Shown: positions 40,181 through 49,472, counted from the first letter of the stretch. The stretch is 64,000 nt of DNA from an uncultured Methanosarcinales archaeon (GCA_964534665.1 CAZHRT010000002.1:42231-106230); one strand, 5' to 3'. The notes: generated by a model not told the origin, from the letters alone. Made by a program: numbers and translations.

Positions 40181-40918
40181 TTACTGAACCATATATTCAA
40201 GATTACCTGGGCTACCCTTTCTTGCTACTGTAGCAGGAGCTCTGTAAACAGTCGGCTTTTTAGGTTGAGCAACCTCAGCAGCTGTTGGTTTACCATCTCC
40301 TTCAGCAATTGTAGCTTGGGCTCTATGTTTACCTTTATGAATTCTAAAATATTGCCTAAATTTCCTTGTTGTTCCTTTATTTACAGGTTGTCCATCTAAA
40401 GTCATAATAACTTCTTCTAAAGCATCATCCCCATGAGCCCTTTCATATGTATCATATAATCCTCTTGCAATTCTTCTATCTGTAGAATCAGTAAATACAC
40501 CTTTATCTTGATTTTGTCTGATTAACTGAACTAGAGCATCATAAGCAGGCATGTCTAATACTGTTGGATTACATACAGCAATTGCACAATCATCAGCTCT
40601 GCTTGTTGGACCAATATGTGCTAAATAAACATCTTGTACTGTTGGTGTAGCAGCAGGCCTTGCGGTTTGTGCAGGTCTAGAAGCAGGTGTAGGTTCTTGG
40701 GTTCTACTTTCTCCTGTAGTAGGTGGTTGATAGCTTGCAAAATCAGCTCTACCAGCACCAGGCCTATACCCTGTAATTTCAATTTCTGTTTGGCCTTTAG
40801 GAACACCAGAAACAAAACAAGTTTTACCACTTGGTAAATTTATTCTTGCATCCTCCTGTCTTCCAAAACCTAGAACTCTAAACTTTTGACCTTCAAATGG
40901 ATTTTCATCATTTGCCAT
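40181..40918 (-). CDS. hypothetical protein, operon gene 1 (Pro/Ala/Thr-rich linker between N- and C-terminal regions)
   Basis: 245 aa; 2 nt before gene 2. Confidence 0.4.
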   Translation of the reverse strand: MANDENPFEGQKFRVLGFGRQEDARINLPSGKTCFVSGVPKGQTEIEITGYRPGAGRADFASYQPPTTGESRTQEPTPASRPAQTARPAATPTVQDVYLAHIGPTSRADDCAIAVCNPTVLDMPAYDALVQLIRQNQDKGVFTDSTDRRIARGLYDTYERAHGDDALEEVIMTLDGQPVNKGTTRKFRQYFRIHKGKHRAQATIAEGDGKPTAAEVAQPKKPTVYRAPATVARKGSPGNLEYMVQ

Positions 40919-41029
40919 ATTAATGCCCCCTATATATGATTATATTTATAGAGAAAAAGGATTGAATTTATAAATATTTATATCCTTAGTGGTGGTAAAA
41001 ATGTTATTATAATAACGAATATTTTATCC

Positions 41030-41494
41030 TCAAAGCTTTTTTTCATAATAAATAGAATCAATACCTTTTCCCCTATCATTTTTCACAACTTTAGAAACTT
41101 TAAAACCAATTTTAGGATAGAATCTTGTTGTAATTTCATTTGTTGACCAAGTTCTTAATTTAACCAAACCTATATCCTTAGATTTTAAATCTTTAAGACA
41201 TTTATCAATCAACATTTTGCCTAAACCCTTTCGCCTATGATCCTTAATTATTGAAATTGTATCAATATAAGCTGAATTAAATTTTTCATTGAAATAAAAA
41301 TAAGTAATCATAGCAATTATCTTGCCTTTTTCCTTGATATAGATAATATTTCCTTCTTTGATGACTGGATCAATAAACTCTCTAAGGGAACACCTTTTTG
41401 ATAATTGTGGATAATAATAAGAATCAATAACTTTAAAGAAATCTAAGACTCCATCATACTCTCCAGGTTTATCAGAATATTCAATTGTTTCCAT
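41030..41494 (-). CDS. GNAT-family N-acetyltransferase
   Basis: motif A DHRRKGLGKMLI. Confidence 0.7.
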   Translation of the reverse strand: METIEYSDKPGEYDGVLDFFKVIDSYYYPQLSKRCSLREFIDPVIKEGNIIYIKEKGKIIAMITYFYFNEKFNSAYIDTISIIKDHRRKGLGKMLIDKCLKDLKSKDIGLVKLRTWSTNEITTRFYPKIGFKVSKVVKNDRGKGIDSIYYEKKL

Positions 41495-41607
41495 GATAGA
41501 ATTAAAAGCACTATGATTTATATTCTTTGTGTAAATTCTTCCTCCTTATTCCAATAAGAATATTTACCTCAAGAGTTTATTTAAATAGCAGCGAATCATA
41601 TTAGATT

Positions 41608-42534
41608 ATGCCAATTAAAATAAAAAATGGTTTGCCTGCAATCTCAGAGCTAAAAGTTGAAAATATATTCATTATGCCTGAATCTATAGCTTCGCACCAG
41701 GATATAAGGCCATTAAAAATAGCAATAATTAATTTAATGCCTGATAAAGAAAAAACAGAATTACAATTGCTAAGAAGACTTTCTAACACTCCTATTCAAA
41801 TTGAAGTAGATTTGGTCCATACTGAGACACATCTATCAAAAACAACTCCTAAAGAACACCTTGATGCATTCTATACAACTTTTAGTAAGATTAAATCAAA
41901 CAAATATGATGGATTAATTATTACTGGAGCTCCAGTAGAACAAATGGATTTTAAAGACGTAAACTATTGGGAAGAACTTAAAGAAATAATGGACTGGTCA
42001 AAAGATAATGTTAATTCTGTATTATACCTATGTTGGGCTGCGCAAGCCGGACTTTACCATCATTTTGGTATTAACAAATACTCAGTTAAAAAAAAACATT
42101 CAGGAATATTCAAACATAAGAAAAATGATGAACATTGTTTATTAATACGTGGTTTTGATGATACTTTCTGGGCACCACATTCACGACACACAACTATTAA
42201 AAAAGAAGATATTGAAGCATGTAATGACCTAAAGATAATCTCAGAGTCTGATGAAGCAGGTATTTATATTGTAACTTCAAGCGATAACAAACATGTTTTT
42301 ATCACAGGACATTCAGAATATGATCCCTTAACATTAAAACAAGAATATTTAAGAGATAAAGAGAAAGGTCTTGATGTTGATATCCCTAAAAATTATTTCC
42401 CTGATAATAATCCTATTAATAAACCAATAGTTAAATGGCGTTCACATTCAAGTCTTCTTTTTAGTAATTGGATTAATTATTATGTTTATCAAAAAACACC
42501 TTTTAATATAAATGATATATCTCCTAATAATTAA
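41608..42534 (+). CDS. metA: homoserine O-acyltransferase (MetA type)
   Basis: near-collinear match to E. coli MetA blocks: [72 protein letters not shown]. Confidence 0.85.
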   Translation: MPIKIKNGLPAISELKVENIFIMPESIASHQDIRPLKIAIINLMPDKEKTELQLLRRLSNTPIQIEVDLVHTETHLSKTTPKEHLDAFYTTFSKIKSNKYDGLIITGAPVEQMDFKDVNYWEELKEIMDWSKDNVNSVLYLCWAAQAGLYHHFGINKYSVKKKHSGIFKHKKNDEHCLLIRGFDDTFWAPHSRHTTIKKEDIEACNDLKIISESDEAGIYIVTSSDNKHVFITGHSEYDPLTLKQEYLRDKEKGLDVDIPKNYFPDNNPINKPIVKWRSHSSLLFSNWINYYVYQKTPFNINDISPNN

Positions 42535-42547
42535 TAGTAAAAAATGT

Positions 42548-43114
42548 TTATTGATCATCAAAAGATTTTATACAAGTTTTACATTCCTGTTTACAATTTG
42601 TTTGTTTAGAATTCTCTGGGTCAATGTTTAAAGGCATTATAAAATCCTTTACAGTTGAAATTACAATATTTAATTCAACATCTTTAACTTTAGGGTTTCC
42701 TCTTAGATGATGGTTTACAATTCCCTCTAATTGTTCAAGTCCTGTTGCCATAAAAAATAAACATAGATTATGTTTACCTGAAGTAATTAATGCATTAATA
42801 AAAAAAGGACAATCCTTAAATTCCTCAACTATCGCATTAGTATCCGTTGAAGTAACATCAATTTTTGCTAATGATAAATCAACTGTCTTAAAATTAATAC
42901 CATTTATCGTGTTTATTACACCTTTTTGTTGCAACTTTTTTATCCTTGCACCAACTGAGGGCTGTGAAAGTTTAATTTTTTTAGCAATCTCTTCTTGTGA
43001 TACGTTTGGATTTTTTTGAAGTAGGCTGATTATGATATTGTCTCTATTATCTAAATCTAACTTAGATTCAATACCACAACTATGTTCTTCAATTTTATTA
43101 AAATTCTTAGTCAT
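42548..43114 (-). CDS. HTH (Lrp/AsnC-like) transcriptional regulator with Cys-rich C-terminus
   Basis: N-terminal IISLLQKNPNVSQEEIAKKIKLSQPSVGARIKKLQQKGVI; C-term CKQECKTC. Confidence 0.45.
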   Translation of the reverse strand: MTKNFNKIEEHSCGIESKLDLDNRDNIIISLLQKNPNVSQEEIAKKIKLSQPSVGARIKKLQQKGVINTINGINFKTVDLSLAKIDVTSTDTNAIVEEFKDCPFFINALITSGKHNLCLFFMATGLEQLEGIVNHHLRGNPKVKDVELNIVISTVKDFIMPLNIDPENSKQTNCKQECKTCIKSFDDQ

Positions 43115-43256
43115 TTTCCTCTCAACTAGAGGATAATAACCCCTAATATTTAAATATTTCCTTTTTATTATAATCTTAATAAAGTAAAAACTTATATTCT
43201 ATAGTAATACTATTTATATATCTCTGCGTTACTTAATACTATAATGAGAAAAATTG

Positions 43257-43292
43257 TCCTGCAACTAACACCTTTTAATTGCAGGACGATAA
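43257..43292. promoter_or_regulatory. 9-bp GC-rich perfect hairpin GTCCTGCAA-N14-TTGCAGGAC in divergent intergenic region
   Basis: read directly; the only GC-rich element in an AT-rich spacer. Confidence 0.4.
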
Positions 43293-43311
43293 CATCTCAT
43301 AGGTGGTTAAA

Positions 43312-43425
43312 ATGGAATACAAATGTGATTGCGGAAATGTCTGTAATGTTGAAAAACAAACAGAAGGATTTGGTGATGATAGTATAACCATTAAGTGTAC
43401 TTGTTGTGGTGCAGAATTACAATAG
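43312..43425 (+). CDS. 37-aa Cys-rich peptide MEYKCDCGNVCN...KCTCCGAELQ
   Basis: own translation; AGGTGG SD 5 nt upstream. Confidence 0.35.
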   Translation: MEYKCDCGNVCNVEKQTEGFGDDSITIKCTCCGAELQ

Positions 43426-43487
43426 CAAAGCTATAGGTTTAGGCCCCTTTTCCTTAGCTGCTAAAAAATAGAGTGAGGTGATTACAA

Positions 43488-43511
43488 ATGTGTGGAGATG
43501 GATGTTGTTAA
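43488..43511 (+). CDS. 7-aa micro-ORF MCGDGCC with perfect SD and T-tract terminator
   Basis: GAGGTGA 6 nt upstream of ATG; followed by TTTTTTTATTTTTTTATTTTTT (43531-43551). Confidence 0.3.
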   Translation: MCGDGCC

Positions 43512-43566
43512 AAAATAAGTAAAAACAGATTTTTTTATTTTTTTATTTTTTATCATTCTACATGAG

Positions 43567-44067
43567 GTGATTAAAACATCAATTAACGATATTATTCAGG
43601 AATTAAGACAAGGTAAGATTGATCAGATTGAATTATATTTAGATTATAATGGTCAAGTTAACAAGATTATGATAAATAATGCAATGAAAAAACAAAAAGA
43701 AGTCAGGAAGGTAAGTCTAAAAGGAAATAAATTGCCAAATGTAAATTTTAGTCAAACAAGAATAAAAGGAAATTTCTCAGGACTTACCCTTTCTGGCTCA
43801 AACTTTTCATATTCAACAATTGAGACAGCAGACTTTTCAAGCACTAATCTGTATGGTGCTGATTTTAATAAAGCAAAAATCTCACAAACAAACATGTCAT
43901 CAGCATATAACGCAAATTTGGGAAATGCATATATGACTGGATCAGTTAATTTATATAATGTTAATCCAGAAAATACACATTCATATAATCCAAGAACAAC
44001 AGAAGTAAAAATGCTTGATGATACACAAGATATAAATAGGGTAATCCTATCAAAGAGAAATTATTAA
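43567..44067 (+). CDS. pentapeptide-repeat protein
   Basis: tandem A(D/N)LxG-like pentapeptides NFSQTRIKGNFSGLTLSGSNFSYSTIETADFSSTNLYGADFNKAKI; start uncertain (track GTG lies inside SD; in-frame ATG at 43669). Confidence 0.6.
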   Translation: MIKTSINDIIQELRQGKIDQIELYLDYNGQVNKIMINNAMKKQKEVRKVSLKGNKLPNVNFSQTRIKGNFSGLTLSGSNFSYSTIETADFSSTNLYGADFNKAKISQTNMSSAYNANLGNAYMTGSVNLYNVNPENTHSYNPRTTEVKMLDDTQDINRVILSKRNY

Positions 44068-44077
44068 AGGTGATATT

Positions 44078-44662
44078 ATGAAAATAATTAATAAAAGAAA
44101 AACAAATTATGATGTGAACTCTATTTTTCCAAAGAGGTGGTCTCCTAGAGCCCTTTCAGGAGAAAAGATAACAAAAACACAGTTAATGAAACTATTTGAA
44201 GCTGCACGTTGGTCTCCTTCATCTTATAACAACCAGTCATGGAGATTTATTTATGCAATGAAAGGAACTAAACAATTCCAGACATTGTTTAAAATATTAG
44301 CACCACCAAACCAAGTATGGTGTAAAAATGCTTCAGTTTTAATTGTAATTGTATCAAAGAAAACATTTGATTATAATAAAAAACCATCAATTACACATTC
44401 TTTTGATACAGGCGCAGCTTGGATGAGTTTAGCTTTGCAAGCTTCTATGTCTGGTTTAGTAGCGCATGGTATGCAAGGGTTAGATTATGTTAAAGCACAA
44501 AAACAACTTAACATACCTAAAGATTATCAAGTTGAAGCAATGTGTGCAATTGGAAAAAAAGGCAAAAAATCCTTACTTCCAAAAGAAATGCAAGCAATAG
44601 AAATGCAATCAGACAGGAAACCAATAACCAAGATTGCCTTTGAAGGCAAATTTAAAAGGTGA
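44078..44662 (+). CDS. nitroreductase-family protein
   Basis: RWSPRALSGEKI...AARWSPSSYNNQSWRF. Confidence 0.7.
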   Translation: MKIINKRKTNYDVNSIFPKRWSPRALSGEKITKTQLMKLFEAARWSPSSYNNQSWRFIYAMKGTKQFQTLFKILAPPNQVWCKNASVLIVIVSKKTFDYNKKPSITHSFDTGAAWMSLALQASMSGLVAHGMQGLDYVKAQKQLNIPKDYQVEAMCAIGKKGKKSLLPKEMQAIEMQSDRKPITKIAFEGKFKR

Positions 44663-44666
44663 TAAA

Positions 44667-45230
44667 ATGGTAAATATAAATGATAAAGCACCTGAATTTA
44701 CAGAAGATGCTTTAATAAACAATGAAATTAAAAAAATTAGTCTATCAGATTATAAAGGTAAATGGGTAGTATTATTCTTCTATCCAGCAGATTTCACATT
44801 TGTCTGTCCAACAGAACTTGGATCTTTAGCTGATAACTATGATACTATTAAGTCAATGAATACAGATGTTATTAGTGTAAGCACAGACACAGCTTTTGTA
44901 CATAAAGCCTGGCACGACCATTCAGATACAATCAAAAAAATTAAGTTTCCAATGTTAGCAGATCCTACAAGAAGAGTATGTAAATCATATTGGACATTAA
45001 TTGAGAATGAAGGCCTTTCACTCAGAGCAACTTTCATCATTGATCCAGAAGGAATTGTAAAAGCCTTTGAATTTAATGACTTAAGTATTGGAAGAAGTAG
45101 TGAAGAAATTATCAGAAAACTTCAAGCTGCACAATTTGTGGCAGAACATGGTGATCAAGTGTGTCCAATGAACTGGAAACCCGGTGAAAAAACATTAACA
45201 CCTGGATTAGATTTAATAGGTAAGATATAA
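44667..45230 (+). CDS. peroxiredoxin (AhpC/2-Cys Prx type)
   Basis: FFYPADFTFVCPTEL peroxidatic Cys motif; start at ATG after AGGTGA (track starts 44634). Confidence 0.8.
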   Translation: MVNINDKAPEFTEDALINNEIKKISLSDYKGKWVVLFFYPADFTFVCPTELGSLADNYDTIKSMNTDVISVSTDTAFVHKAWHDHSDTIKKIKFPMLADPTRRVCKSYWTLIENEGLSLRATFIIDPEGIVKAFEFNDLSIGRSSEEIIRKLQAAQFVAEHGDQVCPMNWKPGEKTLTPGLDLIGKI

Positions 45231-45236
45231 TAACAA

Positions 45237-45280
45237 AAACTTTACAATTAAGATTATAAATTATAATTAATGTAAAGTTT
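45237..45280. promoter_or_regulatory. near-perfect 14-bp inverted repeat AAACTTTACAATTAA-N15-TTAATGTAAAGTTT between prx and grx/trxB operon
   Basis: read directly; one bulged A. Confidence 0.45.
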
Positions 45281-45357
45281 GTGGAATTGAAAAATATAAT
45301 GATTTTTCAATAAAATATATAAAGAAAGAGAACAAAAACGACTATGAGGTGTTTATT

Positions 45358-45591
45358 ATGGGAAATATAACTGTATATTCAACACCAACTTGCCCTTGGT
45401 GTAAGAAAGTTAAAGAATGGCTAAAAGAAAAGAAAATTGAGTTTAAAGATATTGATGTATCAGAAAACGAAGATGCTAGAAATGTAATGGTTGAAAAATC
45501 AGGACAAATGGGTGTTCCAGTTATTGATGCAAACGGCACAGTTATAGTTGGCTTTGATGTCGATAAACTAGAAAAAGCAATCAAATCATAA
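45358..45591 (+). CDS. glutaredoxin-like / NrdH-like small redoxin
   Basis: YSTPTCPWCKKVKEWL CPxC; GAGGTG SD. Confidence 0.7.
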   Translation: MGNITVYSTPTCPWCKKVKEWLKEKKIEFKDIDVSENEDARNVMVEKSGQMGVPVIDANGTVIVGFDVDKLEKAIKS

Positions 45592-45592
45592 G

Positions 45593-46531
45593 ATGTATGA
45601 TATAGCAATAATCGGTAGCGGCGTATCAGGCTTAGGTGCTGCACTTTATGCAGGTCGATTTGAACTAAAAACTATTGTAATAGGTGATAAATCAGGGGGT
45701 ACAATCATCTTAACAGATGAAATTGCCAATTATCCTGGTTTTTCTAACATTTCTGGTATTGACCTTGCAGACAAACTAAAAAAACATGTGCAAGATTATG
45801 ATGTAGAATTTCTAGATTCTAAAGTAAAAGATATTAAGAAAGGAAAAACATGTTTTGGTTTATCTACAGTTAATAAGAACATCAGAACAAAAACAATAAT
45901 CTTCGCTACAGGAACTGAATGGAAAAAATTAAAAGTTCCAGGAGAGTCAGAATTCACAGGTAAAGGCGTACATTATTGTGCACTATGCGATGGTGCATTC
46001 TATAAAAATAAAATTGTTGCAGTTGTTGGTGGTTCTGATTCAGCTGCAAAAGAAGCACTTTTATTAACAAAATATGCTAAAAAAGTCTACATCATCTATC
46101 GTGGTGAAAAGATTAAACCTGAACCAATCAATGAAAAGAAAGTTGCAGCAAATAAACAAATAGAAATTATCAATTATACTAATGTTACTAAAATAAAAGG
46201 GGATAAGTTTGTTTCTTCAATTATTTTAGATAAAGAATACAAAGGCAATAAAGAATTGAAGCTTGATGGGTTATTTGTTGATATTGGTCATATTGCATTA
46301 TCAAAAGAAGCTAAAGATCTTGGAGTAAAACTAAATGAAAAAGGCGAGATAATAATCAACTGTGATGGTAATACAAACATTCCCGGAGTTTTTGGTGCAG
46401 GTGATGTTTGCAATACAAAATTCAAGCAAGCAATAACTGGTGTTGCTGAAGGTGTTAGTGCAACTTATTCAGCATATACTTATGTAACAAACACAAAAAT
46501 ATTATGTACAGACGATGAGGTAGAAAAATGA
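45593..46531 (+). CDS. trxB: thioredoxin-disulfide reductase
   Basis: FAD site YDIAIIGSGVSGLGAA, redox CALCDGAFY, NAD site VVGGSDSAAKEAL. Confidence 0.85.
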   Translation: MYDIAIIGSGVSGLGAALYAGRFELKTIVIGDKSGGTIILTDEIANYPGFSNISGIDLADKLKKHVQDYDVEFLDSKVKDIKKGKTCFGLSTVNKNIRTKTIIFATGTEWKKLKVPGESEFTGKGVHYCALCDGAFYKNKIVAVVGGSDSAAKEALLLTKYAKKVYIIYRGEKIKPEPINEKKVAANKQIEIINYTNVTKIKGDKFVSSIILDKEYKGNKELKLDGLFVDIGHIALSKEAKDLGVKLNEKGEIIINCDGNTNIPGVFGAGDVCNTKFKQAITGVAEGVSATYSAYTYVTNTKILCTDDEVEK

Positions 46532-47049
46532 TAAAAAAGAAAATTATAGATGCGATAAATAAACAAATTAATGCTGAGTTTTACTCTTCATTTTTATATT
46601 TGTCAATGGCAGCATATTTTGAAGATCAAAATCTTCCTGGCATGGCAAATTGGGAAAGGGTTCAAGCTAAAGAAGAAACAACACATGCAATGAAATTTTA
46701 TAATTTCTTATCTGAACGTGGTGGACGTATTGTCCTTGATACTATTGCAAAACCTTCATCAGACTGGAAAAGTCCATTAGACGTTTTTCAAACTGGATTA
46801 GCTCACGAACAAAAAGTAACAGCAATGATAAACACTTTAATGGACTTAGCTGTTGCTGAAAAAGATCATGCAACTATCTCAGTACTTCAATGGTTTGTTG
46901 ATGAACAAGTTGAAGAAGAAGCAAACGCAGATGCAATTGTTAAAAAGCTAAAACTTGCAGGAAATATGGCTGGTGCATTATTTATGATTGATAAAGAACT
47001 TGAAGCAAGAGTTTTTGTTGATGAAACTCAAGTTGGGGCAGAAAAATGA
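46528..47049 (+). CDS. ftn: ferritin (non-haem, FtnA-like)
   Basis: INAEFYSSFLYLSMAAYF...EETTHAMKFYNFL aligns with E. coli FtnA ferroxidase-site helices. Confidence 0.75.
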   Translation: MIKKKIIDAINKQINAEFYSSFLYLSMAAYFEDQNLPGMANWERVQAKEETTHAMKFYNFLSERGGRIVLDTIAKPSSDWKSPLDVFQTGLAHEQKVTAMINTLMDLAVAEKDHATISVLQWFVDEQVEEEANADAIVKKLKLAGNMAGALFMIDKELEARVFVDETQVGAEK

Positions 47050-47429
47050 CTAAATTACATGAAATCTATAAATGCAGTGTTTGTGGTAATGTTGTATCAG
47101 TTATGGTTCTTGGTGGCGGTACACTAGTTTGCTGTGGCAAAGAAATGGATTTGCAAGAGGAAAAAACTGGTGAACAAGAAGGTAATGAAAAACACGTGCC
47201 AGTTGTTTCAGTTGAATCTGGTCAAGTTAGTGTTAATGTGGGCTCTGTTGATCATCCAATGGAAGAAGACCATTATATTGTTTTAATACAATTGGTTAAA
47301 GATGGAGAAGTAATTGCTGGCAAACGCTTAAAACCAGGTGATAAACCAAATGCAACTTTCTGTTTAGACAGTATAGAAGGCGTTAAAGCAAGAATCTTTT
47401 GCAACCTGCATGGTGTCTGGGTTAATTAG
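47046..47429 (+). CDS. dfx: desulfoferrodoxin-type superoxide reductase
   Basis: N-term CSVCGN...LVCCGKEM desulforedoxin site; C-term EKHVPV...H...CNLHGVW centre-II ligands. Confidence 0.8.
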   Translation: MTKLHEIYKCSVCGNVVSVMVLGGGTLVCCGKEMDLQEEKTGEQEGNEKHVPVVSVESGQVSVNVGSVDHPMEEDHYIVLIQLVKDGEVIAGKRLKPGDKPNATFCLDSIEGVKARIFCNLHGVWVN

Positions 47430-47881
47430 AGTATTTCTTTATTTTTTATTTTCTTTATATTTATTATATCTGAATTATCAATATTCTTTCCTAATTGTCT
47501 ATTGATAACTGAACTTTTCATAAAATACAGTTTAAAACCTACAACATATACTATATAGACAAATAACAAAATCAATTCTATAAAGAATTCACCAAATCCC
47601 TGCAAAGCCCAAATTAATGATAAGATAAAATCTACAAAAGCAAAAATAACTACTGCATTAAAATATCTATCAATATAATCAATAAATTTAGTAGGCATTT
47701 TAGCAAAGATAAACACAGTTTTTAGCGAAGTAATTACAACAATTATAGCTATTAAGACATTTATGATATAAAAAACACTTAACAATCGTTGAAAAACGTA
47801 AAATCCTGCTACAATTAAGTTAAACATTACTGTAAATATAAAAAAAACTACAATTAGATTAAGATTCTTTAAAACTCCCAT
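47426..47881 (-). CDS. small membrane protein, hypothetical
   Basis: 151 aa, 4 TM. Confidence 0.4.
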   Translation of the reverse strand: MGVLKNLNLIVVFFIFTVMFNLIVAGFYVFQRLLSVFYIINVLIAIIVVITSLKTVFIFAKMPTKFIDYIDRYFNAVVIFAFVDFILSLIWALQGFGEFFIELILLFVYIVYVVGFKLYFMKSSVINRQLGKNIDNSDIINIKKIKNKEIL

Positions 47882-48006
47882 AAAACATCAATAAAAACAC
47901 AAATATAAAAGCTTTTTCTTTCTATTTTGAATGCCTATTTGAACAATAGAAATCTTTATATATATCTAGTCCTAACTAAAAGATAATATTTAAGGAGGGT
48001 TTCAAA

Positions 48007-48450
48007 ATGGGGTTTTTATCAAGATTAAAAGAAAAAGTTTCTGCATCAGACGAGGTTATGGAAGAAGCAACAGATTCAGGATATGTTGAGCTTGATACTA
48101 GCTCTGCTGAAGATCGTGCAAAAATTGTTGTTAAACCATACATTGTTACTGATTTTGAGAATGTAAAAGACATTCTAGATGACCTAAGAGATGGTCATAC
48201 AATTGCTTTAGTTAATATTAAACCATTAAAAGATAAAGATATTGTTGAGTTAAAAAGGGCAATTAATAAGCTAAAAAAGACTTGTGACGCTATTGAAGGA
48301 GACATTGCTGGCTTTGGTGAAGATTGGATTGCAGCTGTTCCATCATTTGCTCATATCCATAGGGTTAAGAAAGAAGCACCTAAAGAACAACCAGAAGCTG
48401 GTGTTGCTGCAGCTGCCTCATTTGGAGAAGTAAGCGAATATAGCGATTAA
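48007..48450 (+). CDS. sepF: cell-division protein SepF-like
   Basis: C-terminal domain IVVKPYIVTDFENVKDILDDLRDGHTIALVNIKPLKDKDIVELKRAINKLKKTCDAIEGDIAGFGEDWIAAVP matches SepF/DUF552 pattern; SD AAGGAGGG. Confidence 0.6.
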   Translation: MGFLSRLKEKVSASDEVMEEATDSGYVELDTSSAEDRAKIVVKPYIVTDFENVKDILDDLRDGHTIALVNIKPLKDKDIVELKRAINKLKKTCDAIEGDIAGFGEDWIAAVPSFAHIHRVKKEAPKEQPEAGVAAAASFGEVSEYSD

Positions 48451-48488
48451 TCAAAACATTTATATATTTTTTTATTTACTATTTCTTT

Positions 48489-49016
48489 ATGTCAAAAATT
48501 GATAAATTAGAAGGTCAACAATGTCCTGCATGTATGAAAAAAACTCTTACTTTAATAGAAGAAGAAACAGAAATACCCTATTTTGGTAAAACCTTTATCT
48601 TTTCAATGAGCTGTAGTAATTGTGATTATCATAAAGCAGATATTGAGGCAGCTGAACATAAAGAACCAGTAAAATTCAGCCTTGATATTACTACAAAAGA
48701 AGATCTTAATGCTAGAATTATAAAAAGCTCAGAAGCAACAATTAAAATTCCTTATATTAGTACAATTGAACCTGGACCAGCATCTGAAGGTTATGTTTCA
48801 AATGTTGAAGGCGTTTTAAATAGAATAAAAGAACAAATTCAGAAAGTTTATGATTCTGAAGAAGATAAAGATAAAAAGAAAACTGCTTATAAATTAATCA
48901 AGAAAGTTAATAAAATTCTTTGGGGTTCTGAAAAAGGCAAGATTATTATCCAGGACCCAACAGGTAATTCAGCAATTATTTCTGAAAAAGCAGTTAAAGC
49001 TAAGTTAAAAAAGTAA
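48489..49016 (+). CDS. ZPR1-type zinc-finger protein
   Basis: CPACMKK...EIPYFGKTFIFSMSCSNCDY (CxxC-x25-CxxC, ZPR1 zf pattern). Confidence 0.55.
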   Translation: MSKIDKLEGQQCPACMKKTLTLIEEETEIPYFGKTFIFSMSCSNCDYHKADIEAAEHKEPVKFSLDITTKEDLNARIIKSSEATIKIPYISTIEPGPASEGYVSNVEGVLNRIKEQIQKVYDSEEDKDKKKTAYKLIKKVNKILWGSEKGKIIIQDPTGNSAIISEKAVKAKLKK

Positions 49017-49079
49017 ATTAATCAAATAATCTTTGTTATTCACAAACCTTTATATATAAGTTAGGTCAACCTAACTATT

Positions 49080-49472
49080 GTGAAACAATCAAAAGAAGAT
49101 TATCTTATAACCATGTATTCATTGCATGAAAAAGGTGAGATTAAATCTGTAGATATAGCTAATATCCTTAGGGTTTCTAAGCCAAGTGTATCAGAAATGA
49201 TAAAGAAGTTAGCTAGTGAACTATTAGTAGATGCAAAACCTTATTCTAAAATTAAATTTACAAAAAAAGGTTTAGATGAAGCAAAACGTATCATGCACAA
49301 CCATCGAGTTATAGAAGTATTTTTAAAAAAAGTTCTCAAATATGATATCAACAAAGTTCATGAAGAAGCACATAGATTAGAACATGCTTTTTCAGAAGAG
49401 TCTATCAAAAGATTAGACGAATTAGTAAAAAATCCAAAAAAATCACCGTTTGGAAAGGATATACCACATTAA
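49080..49472 (+). CDS. DtxR/MntR-family metal-dependent transcriptional repressor
   Basis: EDYLITMYSLHEKGEIKSVDIANILRVSKPSVSEMIKKL HTH; GTG start. Confidence 0.65.
   Translation: MKQSKEDYLITMYSLHEKGEIKSVDIANILRVSKPSVSEMIKKLASELLVDAKPYSKIKFTKKGLDEAKRIMHNHRVIEVFLKKVLKYDINKVHEEAHRLEHAFSEESIKRLDELVKNPKKSPFGKDIPH

Noticed and set aside
33985-40837. ORFs 33985..34233(+), 35261..35452(+), 37564..37758(+), 40621..40830(-), 40634..40837(+)
   Set aside because: Short frames antisense to or nested within the long, tightly coupled operon genes.
41601-41789. minus-strand 62-aa ORF
   Set aside because: Antisense to the strongly supported metA.
44837-45644. ORFs 44837..45040(-) and 45342..45644(-)
   Set aside because: Antisense to the peroxiredoxin and glutaredoxin/trxB genes.
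47435-47457. T-rich tract after dfx that looks like a terminator
   Set aside because: It lies within the C-terminal coding region of the convergent minus-strand gene 47426..47881, so it cannot be cleanly assigned as a terminator.
47976-48173. minus-strand 65-aa ORF
   Set aside because: Antisense to sepF, which has an SD and a family match.
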